A DNA stretch of 64,000 nt from the human T2T-CHM13v2.0 reference genome, Homo sapiens (GCF_009914755.1 NC_060927.1); one strand, 5' to 3'; counted from the first letter of the stretch, positions 26,407-44,844 are shown. Notes: generated by a model from the sequence alone, not told the origin. Numbers and translations: made by a program.

Positions 26407-28018
26407 TCAGCCTTCAGCAGCCAGGCCAAGGAGCTGCAGGAGGGTGAGCAATCTTTCACTCTCTGCCTTGCCAGGGCTTTGAAGAGTTGGTCTGTTAGCC
26501 TGGTTGTTAAGAGGACAATCAGACTTCCAGTGGCTGGTCTGTTGGCAGGCTGGGCAAGGAACTTTTGGTGTCCTTGGGTTAGGACATGCCCATGCCCAGT
26601 GACTTTCTTTGCCACACTTAAAACAAGGCCAGGGGGGTTACTGCAATTGGGTTGTTTGTGCCCTTGGGTACTATGGCTAGGCTGACAGATAGCTGCTACC
26701 AGAAGCCGGTATTTAGCATGATCTCTTTGGGCCTTGTCTAATTTAATCTGCTCATCCCTGTTATTGAAGACTTTGAAAGCCAGGTTAAGGAGGTCTTGTT
26801 GTGGGGTTTGAGGGACATCTTTGGCCTTTTTAAGTTTGCACCCTATGTTAGGAGCAGACTGAGAGATGAAATGGGTATTAAGAACAATAACTCCTTCCCA
26901 GCAGGTGGGGTCAACGTGGGTATATTTTTGGAGGGCCTCTGTAAGGTGGGAAAGAAATTCGGCGGGGTTTTCATCGGCTCTTTGGGAGTTTTATTTGAGC
27001 TTTTCAAAATTTATGGCCTTATGGGCTGCTTTGTTAAGGCCTGCGATGTGGCAAGTAATCATATGGTTATGAGATGCCCGGCCAGGGTCAGTGGGTTGGT
27101 ACTCCCAGGGGGGTTCCTCCGGGGGAACTGCAGCATCCCCTACAGGCTTAGTAGGGTCTTGTGGATGAAGATAGTCGGCATGTGCCTGTGCTGTGAGCCA
27201 CACTCTTTCCTTCTCTTCTGGAAGGAGGGTAGAAGACAGGATAATGTAGAGATCATGCCAAGTGAGTTCATAAGATTGGGTAAGGTATTTACATTCTTTG
27301 ATATAACTGTCGGGATCGGAGGAAAAGGACCCGAGACGTTTTTCAATTTGGGAGAGGTCAGAGAGGGAGAAGGGAATGTGGACACGAATGATGCCTTTGG
27401 CTCTGGCCACCTCTCAGAGGGGAAGTATGGGGGCTGGTTGTTGGGGATGCTGAGTTCGAGAGCGGGTACGAGGTGGAGATGGGGATGAATCAGAGTCAGA
27501 AGCTGGGTCGTTGGAGAAAGGGGGAAAAGAGGGAGGGCAGGAGCAGGAGCGTGGGGCAGAGGGTCATGATGATCAGGCAGAGGATTATTATGTTGACCGG
27601 GCAGAGGGAAGTCAGCAGTGTCAAAAGCGAAAGAATCGTCAGAAGGAAGGGGAGCTTCTTCTGACAGAAATAATCGTCAGAAGGAAGGATGAGTCAGGCT
27701 TGGAGCGGATGAAGAGGATTTGGAAAGCACAACAGGACTGACAAAGGGAGGGGCGACTGCAGAGGACAAAAAAGGACTGAACAAAAGGGATTTCAGACCA
27801 CTTTCCATTGCGATGGCAAAAGTTGTCTAGGTCCCTGAGGATGTTAAAATCGAATGCCATTGGGCGCCATTGTCCAATTTATACTGAGGCCAGGCTGTGT
27901 TACAATAAAATATGAGCCTTTTTGGCCGAATTTTGGAACAGAGGCCGAGGGCATTAAGGTTATGGAGGAGACATCCGAGGGGGGACGTCTTTGAGGGAGT
28001 GGACTCAGAGGCTCCCAT
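26407..28018 (-). pseudogene. gag: gag, frameshifted
   Basis: MGASESTPSKTSPLGCLL...LIFYCNTAWPQYKLD matrix; HIPFSLSDLSQIEKRLGSFSSDP capsid; two CCHC knuckles CFKCGKESHWAWAC and CPACQQTGHWKSDC (~26515-26627); TGA at 26407-26409. Confidence 0.92.
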
Positions 28019-28421
28019 GGTAGAATGAGTGAGGGAGAGGTGGTGATGGGAGACTTGGCCGCAGACTAGAACGAAGGGAGAAGGCGTCCCCTGTCCCACA
28101 GTTCAAGTCGGAGAGGTGCAATAATCCCCCGTTCAGGCATCCCTACAAGGGAAATACCGAGGGTCTGGAGGCCGGGAGGAGGAAACCGTTGGCCCAGCGC
28201 TGGGTCTTTCCGGAGGGAAAGAGCGGACAAGGGTTCCAGACAGAAGGCAGAAGTCTCCTTTACTCCCCCTGAGGTGGCCCTGGTGTTGGATGTGTCTGCC
28301 AGCAATGGAAAGGAGTAGGAAATCCTCTGGGTCTCCTGAAGGTTCTGGAAGGGGGAGTTCAGCCGGGAGAAGAGGGGGAGGGAAGGAGAGAGGGAGAAAG
28401 GGAAGTCGAACTCTACCACCT

Positions 28422-28439
28422 TCCTGGGTTTTGGCACCA
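28422..28439 (-). promoter_or_regulatory. Primer binding site, tRNA-Phe
   Basis: TGGTGCCAAAACCCAGGA versus the tRNA-Phe complement TGGTGCCGAAACCCGGGA (two CpG-type changes), a few nt from the 5' LTR. Confidence 0.9.
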
Positions 28440-28442
28440 AGA

Positions 28443-28854
28443 TGTAAGGGATAATTGGAAGGACAGCCAAGAAAGGAATAAGGCCAATAGGCCCAAGTTC
28501 AGGCAAGCTGATTTATTGTCAGTCCTGCCGGGCTACCTCTTGATAAAAGCAGAGGAGGCAGCCCCGCTTACAGGCTATAGTAAGGTTTTATAGGGTGTAG
28601 AACTGGCTCAGGGTGTAGGAAAAATAAAAGGGGGCACGGGGCGGGGGTCCTTTGTGCCAGGTGTCTGACTGCTTCCTGGAGATGCTTTTCTTGCCAGTTC
28701 TGTGGTACAAGGTAGACGTCTTAACTGCATCCTGGGACAGCTGGCCTCCGGTCAAACAGTTACAGGCAGGTTTGGGGTAGGAGGTTTTACTTTTTGGCCT
28801 CTGGGGCTTAGGTCTATGGGAGGGGGAAACAGTCCAGTTGGATGGAACCTAACA
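28443..28854 (-). repeat. 5' LTR
   Basis: TG...CA termini; about 90% identical by eye to 20330-20740. Confidence 0.95.
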
Positions 28855-29228
28855 CAAAGTAATCCACACCTAGTTCAATTTATTTCTTAAGAATGCAAAT
28901 CCCCTTCCCTGGTCCCTCTTCATATTTTTCACCTGGAAGAGAGTTCCCAAATTATTCCTTGCTAAATATTGTGATTATGTCACTCTCATCTGGCTTTCAT
29001 TTATTCATCAATAAAATCAAAATAATTCTTCCTCATGTCCAGTGACAATTATGACTCTACTCTGAATTTGATTTTATTTGTAAATATCTTTTCCCTAATA
29101 TTTCTACTTTTCCTTCTAAAATATTATTCATTTCCTTTGTAACATTAGAAAATAAGTAATGCAACTAAATATATAGTGCTAAAACTGAGACTGACTCAAG
29201 TGCCGACAAAATAATTATCTTGCTTAGA

Positions 29229-29712
29229 TGTAGGAGAGAAAAAGTAATATCTTTTCCTCACTCATTGCAAGGGTGGTTATTGGCACTCCTATAACAAAAG
29301 AAAGAACAACAAAAGAAAAACATCGCAAATTTATTTAAACAAAGATTTACATGACATAGAAGATTTTTAAAGCAAAAACTCAAAGGCCAGGGAAAACTGG
29401 GTTTTTATGCTAAGTCTGAAGAAAGAAGTGGGTAGTTGTGGAGAGAAACACAATTGGACTTAAAAAGTACAACCTAATAGTAATGAAATGGGAGGAAATT
29501 AACAAGGCTTGTTTGTTCAGATTCTTCTTTGCCTCCAGGCAGAGGGCAGTACTTTTCGGAATGAGGGTCTTATGACCTACTTTCAGGTGAGGGAGGCAAA
29601 ATAATTATTTTATAACCATGCTTTAGACTAGAAGAAAGGTGGAAGAAGGTCAGAGTGAATTTTTGCCTCTTCATTTTTCTCAGTAGCCAAAATGCCCTAA
29701 TTTTAGGTATCA
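29229..29712 (-). mobile_element. ERV1-class solo LTR (MER31/MER67-like)
   Basis: tgtaggagagaaaaag...cctataacaaaagaaag...aaatttattt; gagggtcttatgacctactttcagg. Confidence 0.6.
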
Positions 29713-30839
29713 AAAAAGGCATAACATTGAAGAACTAACTATATTTTGAAACAAATCGAGATAAAGCTAAATAAAATTATTTAAACTGATAAGAGTGTAG
29801 CATTTTTGTTCTAAAATAATGAAAGATGAGATTAAATATAATCAACATGTTTTTGGAACTTAACAAAAGTGTTTATATGTTTGTAACTGAAGAAAAAAAT
29901 CATTTTTTGAATAACTAGGAAGTTGATATGACAAAAAATAATAAAATGTAGTATTAAATGTGGTAGAGTCAGTCTGTGTGTATCTGTGTGTGTTTATATA
30001 TTTATCCACACAAATATTTTAAAGAATATATTGTATAGATGTCACATTAAGAAAAAATGTCTTTAATATATTTAATTTGATATAAAGGGAGTTAGATACA
30101 ATATGCCCAGTCACTTCATTTTTTTGTCATTTTTTTGTCAAAAAAATTTGTCAAATATTCTAGAATGAAAATTTGCTTTTTTGAAATAAATGATATGTTC
30201 TTAGATATTTGGCTTATGACACAAATTACAAACTTTGATTCTTTAAACACTGAGTCTCCTTAAATAAACTTGTTGATTTATATTATCTAGTAATGACATT
30301 TTAATACACATTATTTTAATTTTATCATTTTCATAATTAACCCCTAACTAGGCAAATGCAAAGCATAATTCAAATTGTCAATTGTAAAGGTCAAATTACT
30401 TTATAAATTTTATTTCAAATTCTCTTGCAAAATAAAAATTATAAATACTTGTGTATCTACCAGGGATGGAACTTGAACTATATATAAATTTTAAGATAAA
30501 ATTATTTACAAAATAATATAGTTTTCTATTACTAAATTGAGAGACATATCAGAAATTTAGATTAACAAGTAAAATATAGCACTCCTTTATTTAAATCAGA
30601 ATGTTTAAAAAAAACTGTAGATGGGAGAATAAGTTATAAATATAATTAGCTATCTAGGCTGTCTTTATAATTATTTAATCTCATGCAATTTAATTTTCTT
30701 TATAATTCTAACATTATTAAAACTTGCCTTGGTCTATTTACATCAATTCTTTAATGTACTTTTTAAATCAGCGTCTACTGAATCTGTTTCATTATGGTGT
30801 TGTCAGTCACTGAACCTCTTAGGTTTGATAATAAAAGGC

Positions 30840-31427
30840 TGTAGGGGCCAAGGGAAAACTTTATCCTTCACCCTCTGAAGTTTCACTGAAAAGTAACTGA
30901 CAAAAGGTAGATTCATATAATAAAAGGATACAAATTTATTGATGTGTACAAGAGAACCACAGAGTGATTACCCCACCAGACGATAGGGAACAGATGGCTA
31001 TATACCCTTCTCTTAGGGAAAGAGATATATAAAGTGTGGATGATTTTAGGGGATAGTAAATAATTTTTAGGGGGAGTCAATAGGCTTGAAGAACATACAG
31101 TCACCTGGGACAAAGTCTGTTGGGTTGGCAGAACACTGGTTTGTCACTGAAGTCTCTTCAGGTGTGTTGATAGACTTCAGTCTTCCTGCAATGTGAATTC
31201 AGTTAGTAAAACACAAGAGAAGGGACCTGAGATACTTGTTTTCTTTTTTGTTATGTCCAGACTTTAGGCAGATAAGGTAACTTCCAAGAACAACTTCATC
31301 CCGTTCTTTGGAAGAGGCAGGTTTGAGAGACAGGAAGAGTAGGCTCAGATCAGAGAGATGTTGAGGATTCTTCAGTTTAGCACATCAAAGTGTCATAGTT
31401 TGGTGTATTGGTTTCTGAGCTCCAACA
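30840..31427 (-). mobile_element. ERV1-class solo LTR (MER34/MER39-like)
   Basis: TG...CA termini (tgtaggggccaaggg ... tctgagctccaaca) with 4-bp TSD aggc. Confidence 0.75.
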
Positions 31428-33039
31428 AGGCCATGAAGACAGAAACATGATTCATACAATGTTTCTGATTTTTAGATCACAAAGACCAGTGAGAAAGATT
31501 TATATGCTTCCAAATGTTTCAAGTTAAAGTTTAAATAGAAATGTATAAAATATGCTATAAACACACACACACACAACTTCAACTAATTATGATTTCAAGG
31601 AAGAGAGAAGAATGGTAAAATCAAGACAAATTTCACTGAACACATAATATTAGAGCTTAATTTTAAAAAGAAATCTTTTTGTGGATTAGGGAAGTAGAGA
31701 AAGGGTTTCCATGAAGAGAATTAATGTGAATACAAATGCACATGTTTTTGTTTGTTTTCTGATAAGCTTATTTTTTTCTTTCTTTTTTTCTTTTTTATTG
31801 TTTGAGGTACAATGCCATGAAAAGGAATGCTGAGCACTCTAGGATTCTACTTTAAGTTGGAAACCATAAATATGTAATGCCTCCAATTTTCTTGGCAATA
31901 TGATTTTTTCTAGCAACACAAAGCTGCCAAGTGCAGGATCCTAGAATGGGAAAATTTAAGTTCAATGAACATTATTTTCAGGCATGAACAACATTTGGGC
32001 AGGTACAACTTTTTAATAACTTAAAATCAAGACACCAAGCAAATAAACTCCCAAACAGCTCAACTGTTGGACTGTCTTATGAAGATAGCCACAATGGCTA
32101 GGATTTAATGATAATAAGATGTATATTTCGAAGCACCTCTCCACGTGAACTGTTCTTATGCAACAGAAAACATAATTATGAAATTTAAAAAAATATGTTT
32201 TTTTTCTCTGAAACTGAAATGAATACAATTCTGATATGGTAACAAGAAAAATGTATTTCAGACAACGATAACTCATTATGGATGTTAATATTGAAGTTCT
32301 TTTCCACACTATGGAGACAGGTAGCTTCTTTGTGCACTCAGAGAATTTGCTTTTATCTTCCTTTGCTACCTCAGGTCAATAGTCCATCAATATTTTATAG
32401 TCTCTCTTCTACCACAGTACTTCCACTTATGGCGTGACAGCATTCTTTAAAGGAGCTCCAGTATCTTCCTTTTTCATCAATTCATATCATTTCCATGCTT
32501 CTGTGGAATAATTGGTGAGAGGTTTGAATATTCAAATTTTCATTAACAGCTCTTCATAATTAGCTACATAAGCATGTCCTAATTGGTCTGTTCTTAACCA
32601 TTGAAAACAACTGTTCTATTCTGAAGCATTGCAAACATAACAATCACCTGTGATATTTTCACTGAAAAATAATGGTATTTTTTCCCCTCCCCTCAAAAGT
32701 GTCATCAAGTAATTTGTGGCAGGACCAGATATCTATACTTTATCAAGCACTGTAGGTGATCCTGATTCAGGTAGTATAGGGATAACAATTTGAGAAACAT
32801 TGTCATAACATATATTGTGCTGAATATTATTTTGGCATTTAGATTGTCTTTTAGCAATATTCATTGTTTAATCTTTCTTTACAGTGCAAAGCTCTGTGGC
32901 ATGTTAAATCATTCTCTAGCAGCAGTTTGAGGAAGTTTACTGGTAGTAATGAAGACCAACATTTAATTTGTACTTACCTCCTGGCTTATAGATAGAAAAA
33001 GAAGTTTTCTTAAAAGTTTAGAAAGGTGTCTCTCTCTCC

Positions 33040-33419
33040 TTTCTTCCTTCTATCGTTTCAGAGGGGTTCTGCCCCACACTAGGAGGAAGGAATGCCACGT
33101 AGAGAAGCCAAGAAGAATCTGAACAAACAAGTCCGGCTAGATCTCCTTCTCAGTCCATTACCATTAGATCATACCCTTTTGTCCAATCACATCTCCACTC
33201 AGCTGTCAATTTTTCATCGAATCTAAGCATAAAAATGGATAATTTTCCCTGGGTCTTTGGGTCTTTATTTCTGAAGCCTCCCAAAATCATGTAAAAACTT
33301 GATTTAATAAAATTGTTACGCTTTTCTCTTGTTAACCTTTTTGTTGTTGTTGTTATGACAGCATCAGTTGTGAGACTTATGATGGGTATGGAAAGGTATC
33401 ACAACTTTCAGCACCTACA
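33040..33419 (+). mobile_element. MER4-group LTR fragment
   Basis: agatcataccctttt, gggtctttgggtctt, aataaaattgttacgcttttctcttgttaa; ends cctaca. Confidence 0.65.
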
Positions 33420-34251
33420 GTTGAAAGAAATGGTCAAATATTTACATGTCTAATACAGTCTATATACCTTTTCTCCATCCCTAGTCTTCCCAGTGGGGTG
33501 TTATGTGCCCCACAAGAGTAGGTAGAAATAACCACAGAACCTTAGACAAGTACTTAATGTTTGCAGTTTGAACTTTCAATTTCAGCCCTACATCAAACGA
33601 ATTCTATCTGCTTCAGAGCTTCTGTATTTTTTTCTTCCATACCATATCTAAAGTTCTATTTTAAAATCTACCTGATCTTGCTTTGTGCATATCTCTTACA
33701 TTATGTTTCACTAATTTTCAACATAAGCCCTGTGTTGATTAACAAGATAGATCTGCGCTCTTCCATTTGATATTACTCTTTACCATCAAAGATTCTTCCC
33801 CAACAGTGTGCCTTTTGCTTGGAATATCCCTTATCCACCCCATTATTTTTCCAGTTTTAGTCACTTTAGGCATACATTAAAACCAATAAAAATTTCATAA
33901 ACATTTCTCTAATTTCAAACTTGTATTCCAAGCTTCAGAAATTGGAAATCAGGGAACTAAAACTATGAGGCCAGAAAGAGGTGTTCCATGACAATTGATG
34001 TGAGTTTCCTCATGATCAGCAAAATGATATATTTAAAATAAACTAATGTGTAGAATAAAGTATTTAAATGTTTTTGCAGAAAAAAGATACACATATTAGC
34101 TAGAAATTATTAACTTAATATTCAACTTCCTGAAAATCTAACTTAAAACTGTAACATACTTTCCAAATTTAGACTTAATTTTCTATGGTCCTTGAAATTG
34201 AATGAGCAAGAGCTTAGGATCCACATCAAAGAATTGTTTAAAAATCTACCT

Positions 34252-34976
<725 letters not shown>

Positions 34977-35011
34977 CTTGTTTACATTCTAATTAACAAA
35001 ACTGGAGATGC

Positions 35012-35285
35012 CTTTTTTTGTTTTTTATAGGTTTATAAAAGTTGTAAATATTTTAGGGGTACAAGTGATATTTTGATACTGTATGCAATGTGTAATGATC
35101 AAATAAGGGTAATTGGGATTTCCATCAACTCAAATCCATCTTTTCTTTGTGTTGAGAATATTAAAATTCTTCTCTTCTATTTTAAATTATACAAATTATT
35201 GTTAACTATAATTTTCCTATTATACTATCAAATACTAGAACTTAATCTTTATATCTAACTATATTTTTGTACCTATTAGCCAAGT
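35012..35285 (-). mobile_element. L1MA-type 3' end
   Basis: ggggtacaagtgatattttgatac...tgtaatgatcaaataagggtaattggg. Confidence 0.7.
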
Positions 35286-38200
35286 TACAAAAGCACTGCT
35301 ACAACTTTCAAAAACTCAATATGTTGAAGATAATGTATATTTCTGTCTTAGAGCTAAGATCTAATTTAGTAATTAGAACAATACATTAAAAGAAGAATCA
35401 TTGCAAAGTAAAAAATTATGTGTAGGAAGGAATGAACTTCAGTAGAAGCCATCAATTGGTCATGTCCTTCCTTATTTCTCTGTTCATCTTCTTTGTCAAA
35501 TTGTGCTTAGATAGTGTTAGCCGAAATTCTTCCCTTTACAGGCATTAGAAAGTTGTCTGGCTGCAATGATGTGGATTAATTACTGGGACTAGGAGGATGA
35601 AAGAAGTAGCTGAGAATAGTTGTTTGCAGTTGTACAATCACTCCAACCTATTCAACATAAAATTTTAAAATATATTTTTAAAATATTCAAATGCATGGCC
35701 TAAGAATATACGACTATTTTTACACATTTGTATTAGATATAATGTGTCAGTAAACTAAATATAAACTCAGTGATTCATTAGAATTTCTAATGTTCAAGAG
35801 TTCTACATTAATATTTGTATCTATATAATGTTTTCAATCTGGGTTCGAAGATGTTCTGCTCTACCGGTTCAATGGTGGAGTAATAAGAAGTGAGTTCTAG
35901 CCAAGTGGCAAATCTCTGTGCTACTGTTTAATTTAAAGGTTTTTCACAACCAAAAATAGATTTGGAAATCATGGATGAATAGTATAATTAATAAGTAAGA
36001 ACAAATTCCACCTTTTTTGCTGAACGTATTTTTGTTAGCAGAGCACTAAAAGGGTTTAGTGGCATTGTTATTTTGGTACTGTAATTCCATTCTTTTAATG
36101 AAGATATATTGAGAGTTATATACCTAAGTACTATTTTCTTTAACCTATTATCTCTAGAAGTAAAATAAAAGACCAGTAAATAGTCTGTCCTTAAGAAGCT
36201 CATCATCAAGGGTAGTAGTTCTCAATTCTGAATTCCCATAAGAATGACCTGGAGTGCTTATTTACAATTCAGTTACTATATGTCACCACTTTTTGATTGG
36301 GTAGTTTCTGAGGGGGGTCCCCAAATTATTAATTTTCCCATAATCATATGATTCTAATGCTGGTGCTATAGTGTTATGCTTTTCAGAAAATGTTGTAAAT
36401 AAATATACAGATGCAAATGTTATCTATATAAAGAGGCTAGAGAGGAGGATAAGTAATCTTAGAGATAAGAAATAGAGAAAGCTTCAAAGGAGTGGCTTTT
36501 TAGTTGAATATTTAACAAAGTAAAATTTTTTGACTATAGAAAAAGTATAGTCCTTTTCATGAAAAGAAGATAGCATTAACAAAAAAGGCATGGAGGGATG
36601 GGACAATATTGTTGATTTGGAGACTAGTAGGGACATTTAGGAAAAGGAAAAATAAGACACGGATTGTTTGTAGCAAATGATAAAAAAATGTAAGAAAATT
36701 AAGAAACGTCGGTATATAAAGACATTGCATGTCATGCTACAATGTCTGTGTGTTATACCAATGGCAAAACTGGATTTGAAGCAATAGAATAATCTAATTT
36801 AGAGTTTTCAAAAATAAAATTTTAATAAATCTGGTAGAAAAGTGAAAAGTGTAAGAAAGAAGATATTTTTAGATTGAAAGTCTTGTTTTGTATAATTTGA
36901 TATTTGTGAAAAGTTTGGGAAATATCGTAACTTTTTCATAAATTTTAGATAACAAAAACAACAATAGTTTATCTATGGTTAAGCTAATATAATATGATTT
37001 TACTGGTATTTTTCAATTTTTAAAGACTCTGAATGTGGACTTGAGGTTTTAACTACTCAACACATTGAATTAGATTATTTACTTTATTAACTGTTTTACC
37101 TAGGGTTCTTTAATACTTTAAGAAAATTGGAATGTAAGTTAATCAATAAATCAAGCAAAAAAGAGAGAGAGAGAAAAAAAAAAACTCTAAACAACTTCTA
37201 AGTAAATGTGCCCCATAAATCAGATCATCTATAATCCAGTGCAAAAGGAAATAGTACAAGTTAAACCAGAGGCTTTTAAACCCACTCTATAATTAAATAC
37301 CAGCTTTGCTTCCAGAAAGGTCATGATCAAAAGTATTTGGTCATATATACATACGCTTTAGAGTTTGGGAATTATAAAAGCTGAGCAGTAGATTATAATT
37401 CTTAATTTAAAATTAATCCCCCTGGGGATGGGGGGAGGCAGATAAGGGCAATAGCTTTCCTATTTGAGGGTACCATGTGTGAATCTAGGTGGTGTGTGCT
37501 GCTAAGTACTTGGCTTAAATATTCTGAGAAATACACACATCCAGACGTGTGTGTCCTAAATTAACCCCATTCAAGTCTCTGTAGAATTAGGCTTTAAATG
37601 GGTAAGAGTCAATATTTGTGCCCCAGAATGAGATGTGGAAATAGTACCACTTTTTAATTAAGACATTTACTATGTTCTATATTAAACATGTTTGCCTTTC
37701 CTATTGCTTAAAAAAAAATCCTGTGTCCTAAAACAGTACTATAAAGGAGATGAATGAGCAGACTGCCTTGTGACTCACATCAGTACTGTATGGAACCAAG
37801 ACTGACTGTAGTTTAACCTGGAGAAGTAGACTTTTGGGAATGCTGCGAAAATGTGCACTGGATAGTATGAAATGGAGTGGGGTGTAGGGAGAGAAAGCCA
37901 ATATAAGATTCTAGAGAGGTGCACAGATGGGATCAGCAATATTAAGACAAAAGTTTGAATTAGAAATTATCCAATCCACTGAAAAAAAATTAGCTGAGAG
38001 AAAATGAACTCAAATAGCTGGATTAGTTTATAATGAAGAAGTAAAAAAGCCATGAACTCAGAGCTTGCCCAGCTAAAAAGGTAGGACATTTCTGTCATAA
38101 ATCATTGAGTTGATGAGGCTTATTGCCCACAGCAGTGTCATATGATTGGTCTTGCTTGCTTGTGTTCTTCATAAGGTTCCTCTTAGCCGATGGAAAAAAA

Positions 38201-38787
38201 GTTAGGAGGGAAAATGAGAATTGACAGAATTTAAATACACACCAAAAACCAATAATTAAAATTGGATTACATAATTCTTTTGTCCTAGGCAAGAGATGAA
38301 TTAGACAGGGACCACATGTTTATGAAAATCTGCAGGACAGGTCTTGTTACTTCCTCTCCCCCTGAGTAAGATAAGATGGCTTGGATTTCAATGAACTTAT
38401 CTGGAACTAGATTACTTGCTATAGGTTACTTACTTAATCAATGCAAGTGTCAGTTTCCACATCAATAAATCTGAATAATGATGCATAGCTTTAAGGATGA
38501 CTATGAGAAAGAAATTAGCTATGCAAATCTAATTGCCCTAATCAATGACAAATTCATAACAAGTTCTTAGTATATGTTAGATGTTAGTGATTTATTCATT
38601 AAATATATTTCTAAATGCATGGTACATCAGCTAAACATGAATTAGAATTATAAAATTGTAAAACCACAGAATTTAAAATTAAATTCTGAAAAAGAAATCA
38701 ATGGTTTCTTAATACATTGGTTTTCTAATAGTACACAGAGATTATATAAATATATTTAAAAACGTTTACTCAGTTTCAGAAAGTTTT

Positions 38788-39075
38788 GGTAAGGCACGAT
38801 GGCTCATGACTGTAATCCGAGGAATTTGGGAGGCTGAGGCAGGTAGATCACTTGAGACCAGGAGTTTGAGACCAGCCTGGCCAACATGGTGAAACCTTAT
38901 CTCTACTGAAAACAACAACAACAGAAAATTAGCCGGGCATGAGGCCTAGGCACAAGAATCGCTTAAACCTGGGAGGCGGAGATTGCAGTGAGCCAAGATG
39001 GTGCCACCACATTCCAGCCTGGAAAACAGAGTGAGACTGCATCTCAAAAAAAAAAAAAGAAAAAGAAAAAAGAAA
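38788..39075 (+). mobile_element. Alu (AluS/J) with internal deletion in the right arm
   Basis: Alu motifs present; lacks the gcctgtaatcccagctact segment; poly(A). Confidence 0.88.
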
Positions 39076-39247
39076 GTAAAATTGTAGTGAGATATAATCT
39101 CCCTACAAATAAATACATATCCTTTTCCAAAATAGCAGGCAAAGCATTCTGTATAATTTTCATTGAACAAAATTCTTAACATATATAATAATAATTTCTT
39201 CCAGATCCATAAAGTGTATAAATTCTGTACTTTATTTCATTAGTTAG

Positions 39248-42455
<3,208 letters not shown>

Positions 42456-44107
42456 AGAAAATATTTTAAAATATTTTTAAATGTTAAATTTTACTCTCAT
42501 AACCTAAATTATTGTACATAACACTTGTATATGGAACCTACTGACATTATGTTGTTGAATTTCTTTTAATGAGCACATTCACATTTCCTGTTTTAATTAT
42601 TCAAAATTGTCCTACATGCACATACTTTGATCTCCATTGCCTGTCTACTAATTTTTACTTCTTCTCCTGCCAAAAAATAATGTATAAATAGGAAAACAAT
42701 AAAGAAACTTGTTATTACAACTCTATTATTTTTTGATGCATAGGCATATCACAGTAAAAGCAAAATTCGGCTCTACCTATGCTAATATTTACCTGATTAA
42801 ATCACATTTCTCGATGTAGGTAGATCTCATGTTTATCTCCAGTCACAGAAAAACTCTGCATGTAAGAGCAAAAGCTGTTCACTCTACTATTCATTGAGGT
42901 GTTTATATTAGAAACATGGAGTATTTTATGATTGATAAAGCCATAATTAAGTAAATAGCTAATTCTACAGTTGAAACAAGTATGAAGTACTTTTGTAATA
43001 TTCTTGACATTTCAGTTTCTATTAAGCTTTATGTTGTGCCAAAGGAATATGAAACAACAATTCTCCTTAAATAAATTGATGACCAACTTTTCAAGCAAAA
43101 ACAGCCATTAAAAGGAAAAATTGGGTTCTATGTTCAGGACAAATATTCTTTCAAAATGTGATAAAATCATACTCAACAGTATAAAACTTAATGGATACCA
43201 CACACTGCCAGGTATCATAAATGATTATCTGATAGAAAAAGCAATTACATTTAAAACATTTTCTCTTAAATAATGGCAATGACCACCTTGGGGATTATCT
43301 TCATGTATAGAGTAAGTACCATGTGAATGTTCTTGAATGCTTTTTGGTTTTTAAGACTAAGTTGGTTACTTTGATTGTTTGAAATATTGCACGGCACATT
43401 ATTTCTCTGTGCTAAGATGCCATCTACTTTATCATGTAACATCAATATTTTGTTAGATTGGGGATAGGAGATATGAGCCACTTAACTAAATATACATCAA
43501 TTTTCTTTACCTTTCTGAGAATAGCATAAAATTTCATTTCAATATAAGAACCAAAGTTTGAGAATATCAAGCAAATAACAATGAGTGGCCAAGCAGCCCA
43601 CACAAAAGGCTGGCTGGACTAAATTTTATGAGGAAAAAATAATAGATAGTGGCAGAAGTAAGTGTAGTGTTCCATCATCTCAGTGCACAAAAGTCTAGCA
43701 GGCCCAGCAGTAAGAATCCATTAAAGGTATCCTGACCCTTCAATTGCGGGGCATTTAAACTGCATTGACTCCTCTGCTGAAAAGATAACAGCAGTTAACA
43801 GGCAGTCTGTGGTCTCTGGCCATGCTTTTCTGCTAACTCAGAACTTGTAGTTGGGGAATACCAGCTGTCCTTCCCTGTTATGATTAAAAAGTTTGGGTTG
43901 AAGCCTTTACCACAGCGTGAAATGTAGTGAAAGAGACTGATTAACAACTACAGCAAGCCCAAGAGGTGACCTCCATGGAATTTAAGTCAGCAATCTATTC
44001 TACTTGAGTCAGTAAGGGCTTTGTGTCTAGGAAGTGCCATGCTGTTGAGAACACTAGAAGACAGAAAAGTTAATAAAGAAAAGAAGGACAAAGGATATTT
44101 TGAAGAC

Positions 44108-44844
44108 TGTCACTAAACTATGGGTAGAGGGAACCCAGACCTGCTCAAACAAATCATTCTCAAGATGTAGATTGAAGCTTTCGAGCTTATTGAATAAAGG
44201 GATCACTAGTGTTGATCAGTAATTTGTGGGACTACATAAATTGTTTGAAACTCAATCATACCCCATCACCTTTGCCCTGTTAAAACTTCCCTTCTCTGTG
44301 TGGTTGTCTGTGTGGTTATAGCCAACTTATCCCTCATCTGACTAACCCAAATCTCAACATATCCCCATGACTTGGAGTTGATCAAAGCAATGTAAATAAG
44401 TTCCTCTCTTCATGTGTGATTTTTTTAAACTAGTCAATTGACAGCTTCAGAGAGAAAGCCTAAGGGATAATTAATGGACATTAATAAAGATGTAGTCCCA
44501 CTGGTTTGCTTCCTTTTACTCCTCTCTCTCTCTCTCTCTTTCTCTCTATTATGCACAAACACACACACACACACACACACACTACCTGCTGGTTGAGCTT
44601 GTTGCTGCCTTCAAACGTCCCTTCAGCCTCCTCTCAACCCCCTAACCTAACTGGGACATGTAAGTAGTACATTTCTTCTGTTTCATTTTCATTTATTCTG
44701 TTTTTACTTTTCTATTGTCTCTTACCTGACCGCACACAATCCTAGCTTTCTCAGTCAGGGCTCTCATAGAGAATGGCTTTCTTGGCATATGGCCACTCTC
44801 ATGAAAACCACATCTAAAGGAAAAATTAAAGAGAAACTGTAACA
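44108..44844 (+). mobile_element. Old ERVL-class LTR (MER73/MER74-like) with (CT)n(CA)n
   Basis: TG...CA bounded; catcacctttgccctgttaaaacttccc and ctcatctgactaaccc motifs. Confidence 0.5.

Larger units (their letters stand above)
20330..28854 (-). mobile_element. Full-length degenerate endogenous retrovirus, HERV-F / HERV-H supergroup (HERVH48/HERV-FH-like), 8.5 kb
   Basis: Paired ~411-bp LTRs, 5-bp TSD caaag (20325-20329 and 28855-28859), tRNA-Phe PBS, PPT, and gag-pro-pol-env remnants. Confidence 0.95.

Noticed and set aside
26796-27488. 230-aa ORF antisense to gag
   Set aside because: Non-ATG start, no recognisable motif; G-rich antisense strands of ERVs often stay open by chance.
28066-28506. 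146-aa ORF upstream of gag (possible pre-gag/glyco-gag)
   Set aside because: Starts inside the LTR at a non-ATG codon, crosses the PBS and stops before gag; no supporting motif.
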